This document shows positions 23,942 through 26,637 of a DNA stretch of 26,637 nucleotides, piece after piece; position 1 is the stretch's first letter; every line of letters starts with the position of its first letter. The stretch covers positions 1-26,637 of the forward strand of contig CBEVQY010000031.1 in assembly GCA_965552135.1 (NCBI GenBank), read 5' to 3'. Below the pieces are notes generated by a model. The model was not told the DNA's origin, searched no databases, and saw nothing but the letters and a program-made list of their open reading frames with translations. The position numbers and the translations under genes were made by a program. This DNA is from an uncultured bacterium (lineage in GTDB: Bacteria > UBP14 > UBA6098 > B30-G16).

Positions 23942-26635
23942 TCACTTCACCAGCCACACCCTCTTCGTCTGCGAGAACGAGCCCGCCTTGATCCGGCAGA
24001 GGTACACGCCCGAGGGCACCTGCTTGCCCGCCTCATCCGTTCCATCCCAGCGGACTGTGTAGACCCCAGGCTCCATATCACCCGAGGCAAGCGTTCGCAC
24101 AAGCTTCCCCGTTGCGTCGTAGACCGCAAGCTGGACGGGCACCTCCTCGGCTATGCTGTATGTGATCTGTGTGGCTGTGTTGAATGGGTTGGGCGAGACC
24201 GCGAGGGCGTAGGTGTACGGGGTCTTCTTCGAAGGAGCCTCCTTCGAGTAGTCCGACTCGAACCAGATCTCGTAGTCGTAGCAGACGTATCCGGAGTTGC
24301 ACCTGACGAAGAAGGAGACCTGTGTGGCGCCGTAGATGGCGATGTTCGTTCCCGACTGGGTTTCACCGACGATGACGCTTCCGAAGTCGTTTCCGAAGTC
24401 TATGTCCCAGCTGTCGGTGTCGGTGTCGAATATCGAGCCATTTCTTGTTAGTCTGATGTAAGCCCACGTTGCGCCAGCGGGGACGGTGTAGGGTCCGTAT
24501 GTGATGGTCGAGCCTGCGGAGATGCAGTCTGAGCCCGACGCAACGGTGTAGGAGGATGATCCGGACGTGGTGGACGTGCCGCCGGATGAGTAGGAGGATC
24601 CGTCGCAGTCAGGGTCGTGCCACTGGCATCCGCAGTCGCAACCGTCGTCTGTTCCGCGCCAGCCCTCAGGGCAGCTGTTCTCGTAGGAGGTGCCGTACCA
24701 GCAGTAGTCGCACTCAGAGCCGCAGGAGGAGCTCGTCGTTCCGCCGGGGTTGAATGCGCTGTATCCGCAGCCGGAGACGCTGTAGCTCGAGTGGTCGAAG
24801 GAGATGGAGCCGCCGCTCACGTTGAGATAGTATCCCCCCGTCTGCCAGCTGCAGTAAGCCCTGACGACGATGTAGTACGTTCCCGCAGAGAGCGTTGCGT
24901 TTATCCTGGATGCGAGTCCGTCGTAGTCGTCGTTGTAGTCTATCTGGTTTCCGTACGAGTCGAGCAGGTGGAGGTAGCTGTCGCTGAGACCGTCGAGTGT
25001 GACCCATATTGAGTAGCTTCCGTAGGAGGGGACGTTGAAGGCGTAGTATTCCGCCTCGCCCGAGGAGAGGTAACCGTAGAGGGATGAGGTGCCGGATGAC
25101 ACCTGGATTGTTATGCAGTCCTGGTCTGTTTCGCCGTCGTTGTCGGTTACGGTGAGGCAAGCGGTGTACGTTCCGGGGGAGTAGTAGGTGTGGGATGGGT
25201 TTTGCAAGTACGAGTAGCTTCCGTCGCCGAAGCTCCAGAAGTAGGAGGATATGTATCCGTCGGGGTCGTAGCCGTAGCCGTAGAAGTATACGGTCAGGGG
25301 CGCTGTGCCCGAGTATGTCGAAGCCGACGCGGAGGCGGAAGGCGGTGTGTTGGGCGATGTCACAATCACTCTTGTCATTTTGACTCCATCTATTTCGACC
25401 TCGGAGAACTGCAGGTTGGACAGGCTGGTCGAGTAAGTGGGCAGGACTACTGTGGCGGCGCCGGAGTCAACGCCAAAGATGTAGAATGTATCTCCTTCCC
25501 CGAGCTGGGTTGCGATATCGACGTCGTAGTCGAACACGAGCGCAACAAGATCACCGTTGAGATCCACCAGACCACTGGAGGACGCGGACAGTATATCGGA
25601 GCACCAAGGACAAAGTTTGTTCGCTACCCTTCTGCTGGCGGCAATTATAGCGTGGGTGAACCCTTTCCCAACGTTTTCGAGGAAAGCCCCTATACCCATG
25701 CCGACGGAGTAGAAAGTGGATATTAAGGAGGCCCCAGACGAAGTAGCGGCCGAAAAGGCGTCTATGTCGTAGCTTGAGCTGTAGAAGAAGCTTGAGGATG
25801 GAGCATTTGAAGCTGAGCTCCAAACCTTCGGGAAGCTGGAGGGGAACCATATCTTCCAATAGGAATGTCCTGAGCTTGTTACCTTGCAGACGTTTTTCAG
25901 CTTCCAGGTGATCCAAACATCCTGGGTTTCTCCATAGTCGTTGTAATCGGCATCGTTGTTGAGGTCTGTGTAGAGGTGCTCCTTGCAGGAGCGAGTTTGA
26001 CCGTAATCGTCGAGTATCACATAGATGTCGTAGTCGAGACCGTAGACATGCTGCGAGCCATTGCGGGGCTCATAGTGCTTGAAAAGCGAGCTAAACGTAT
26101 TTTCCCCCACGATTACGAAGCCATGGCCGTAGTTGAAACAGGCTATCTTTACGTGTGAGCCCACGCGCGAAGAGCTGGGGATATCCGATTTGTCGTAGTA
26201 TCGGGTTGGGTAGTTGTGGGACTGGACGGCCACTCCGCGGACGGCACGGTTCCACCAGCTGCTTTCCGATTCCCCCTCATATGGAAAGTCGTCGAAGTAG
26301 ATTCGAAAGACGTACTCGGCATCGAAGGCGTGGTAATCGAACAAAAGCCCGCCGAAGAAGCTGGCGTTGTTCTCGTAATAGAAGGCCACAAACTGTATGC
26401 CGTATCGACCGTGTGCGGTGTTCGAGTAAAGTCTTGCGTAAAGAAGTGGTTCGGTCATATAGCTGTAAGGCCCAGGCGCGTGATAGGTGGCGTGATGATT
26501 ATGGTAACTTATCAAGCGCTCTGTGAGGATGTAGTCGCGGGGTTCCTCGCAAGTCCAGCCTAAACTTGAGCTGTAAGTCTCTCCAAGGATCCTGCAGGGA
26601 ACATCGACGCTGTAAATATAAGGCTTCGCATACCT
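23942..26635 (-). CDS. 5'-truncated large secreted protein: NPP1/Vps62-like N-terminal region, PKD domain, PPC domain, Cys-rich GCDCGC module and FlgD-Ig/T9SS type A-like C-terminal domain
   Basis: The frame stays open from 26515 to the window end (RYAKPYIYSVDV...). PKD: GTAPLTVYF...YFWSFGDG...NPSHTY..PGTYTACLTVTDNDG. PPC: DSYLHLLDSYGNQIDYNDD...LSAGTYYIVVR. C-terminus: SPNPFNTATQITYSI...WDGTDEAGKQVPSGVYLCRI...TKRVWLVK. Confidence 0.88.
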   Translation of the reverse strand, partial: RYAKPYIYSVDVPCRILGETYSSSLGWTCEEPRDYILTERLISYHNHHATYHAPGPYSYMTEPLLYARLYSNTAHGRYGIQFVAFYYENNASFFGGLLFDYHAFDAEYVFRIYFDDFPYEGESESSWWNRAVRGVAVQSHNYPTRYYDKSDIPSSSRVGSHVKIACFNYGHGFVIVGENTFSSLFKHYEPRNGSQHVYGLDYDIYVILDDYGQTRSCKEHLYTDLNNDADYNDYGETQDVWITWKLKNVCKVTSSGHSYWKIWFPSSFPKVWSSASNAPSSSFFYSSSYDIDAFSAATSSGASLISTFYSVGMGIGAFLENVGKGFTHAIIAASRRVANKLCPWCSDILSASSSGLVDLNGDLVALVFDYDVDIATQLGEGDTFYIFGVDSGAATVVLPTYSTSLSNLQFSEVEIDGVKMTRVIVTSPNTPPSASASASTYSGTAPLTVYFYGYGYDPDGYISSYFWSFGDGSYSYLQNPSHTYYSPGTYTACLTVTDNDGETDQDCITIQVSSGTSSLYGYLSSGEAEYYAFNVPSYGSYSIWVTLDGLSDSYLHLLDSYGNQIDYNDDYDGLASRINATLSAGTYYIVVRAYCSWQTGGYYLNVSGGSISFDHSSYSVSGCGYSAFNPGGTTSSSCGSECDYCWYGTSYENSCPEGWRGTDDGCDCGCQWHDPDCDGSSYSSGGTSTTSGSSSYTVASGSDCISAGSTITYGPYTVPAGATWAYIRLTRNGSIFDTDTDSWDIDFGNDFGSVIVGETQSGTNIAIYGATQVSFFVRCNSGYVCYDYEIWFESDYSKEAPSKKTPYTYALAVSPNPFNTATQITYSIAEEVPVQLAVYDATGKLVRTLASGDMEPGVYTVRWDGTDEAGKQVPSGVYLCRIKAGSFSQTKRVWLVK

Positions 26636-26637
26636 AA

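Noticed and set aside
1..26637. CRISPR array, diversity-generating retroelement, IS element, prophage, tRNA or rRNA
   Set aside because: By eye I found no repeat-spacer array, no near-identical TR/VR pair, no reverse transcriptase, transposase or integrase, and no intergenic space with a cloverleaf. A self-dotplot and tRNAscan/Infernal would confirm this.

Overview
A gene-dense, GC-rich (about 60% by eye) chromosomal window from a diderm, probably anaerobic bacterium (lpxD, skp, iorB). It looks like a non-Bacteroidetes member of the FCB group, an inference from PorV and T9SS-type C-terminal domains occurring together with Shine-Dalgarno sites and TTG-16/17-TAnnnT promoters. Housekeeping genes (iorB, uspA, adenosine-specific kinase family, pyrF, pyrE, ThiI/MnmA-like thiolase, truA, skp, lpxD) are interleaved with large secreted proteins: a fibre-like protein C-terminus, an S8 peptidase, a PQQ-type beta-propeller protein, a 1454-aa Cys-patterned repeat protein and a PKD/PPC protein with an NPP1/Vps62-like N-terminus. 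I found no RNA genes, CRISPR arrays or mobile elements. The strongest candidate for an undescribed system is a flippase + GT-C glycosyltransferase + giant surface protein operon whose surface protein is saturated with D-S/T-hydrophobic O-glycosylation sequons. Other notable items are a STAND-derived TPR-BTAD regulator with no ATPase domain, an alternating A/B Cys-linked repeat domain, an S8 peptidase lacking the catalytic Asp, an unannotated internally deleted K+ channel remnant, three apparently leaderless genes and a 36-bp palindrome between divergent promoters. All family calls come from motif recognition by eye; no searches were run.
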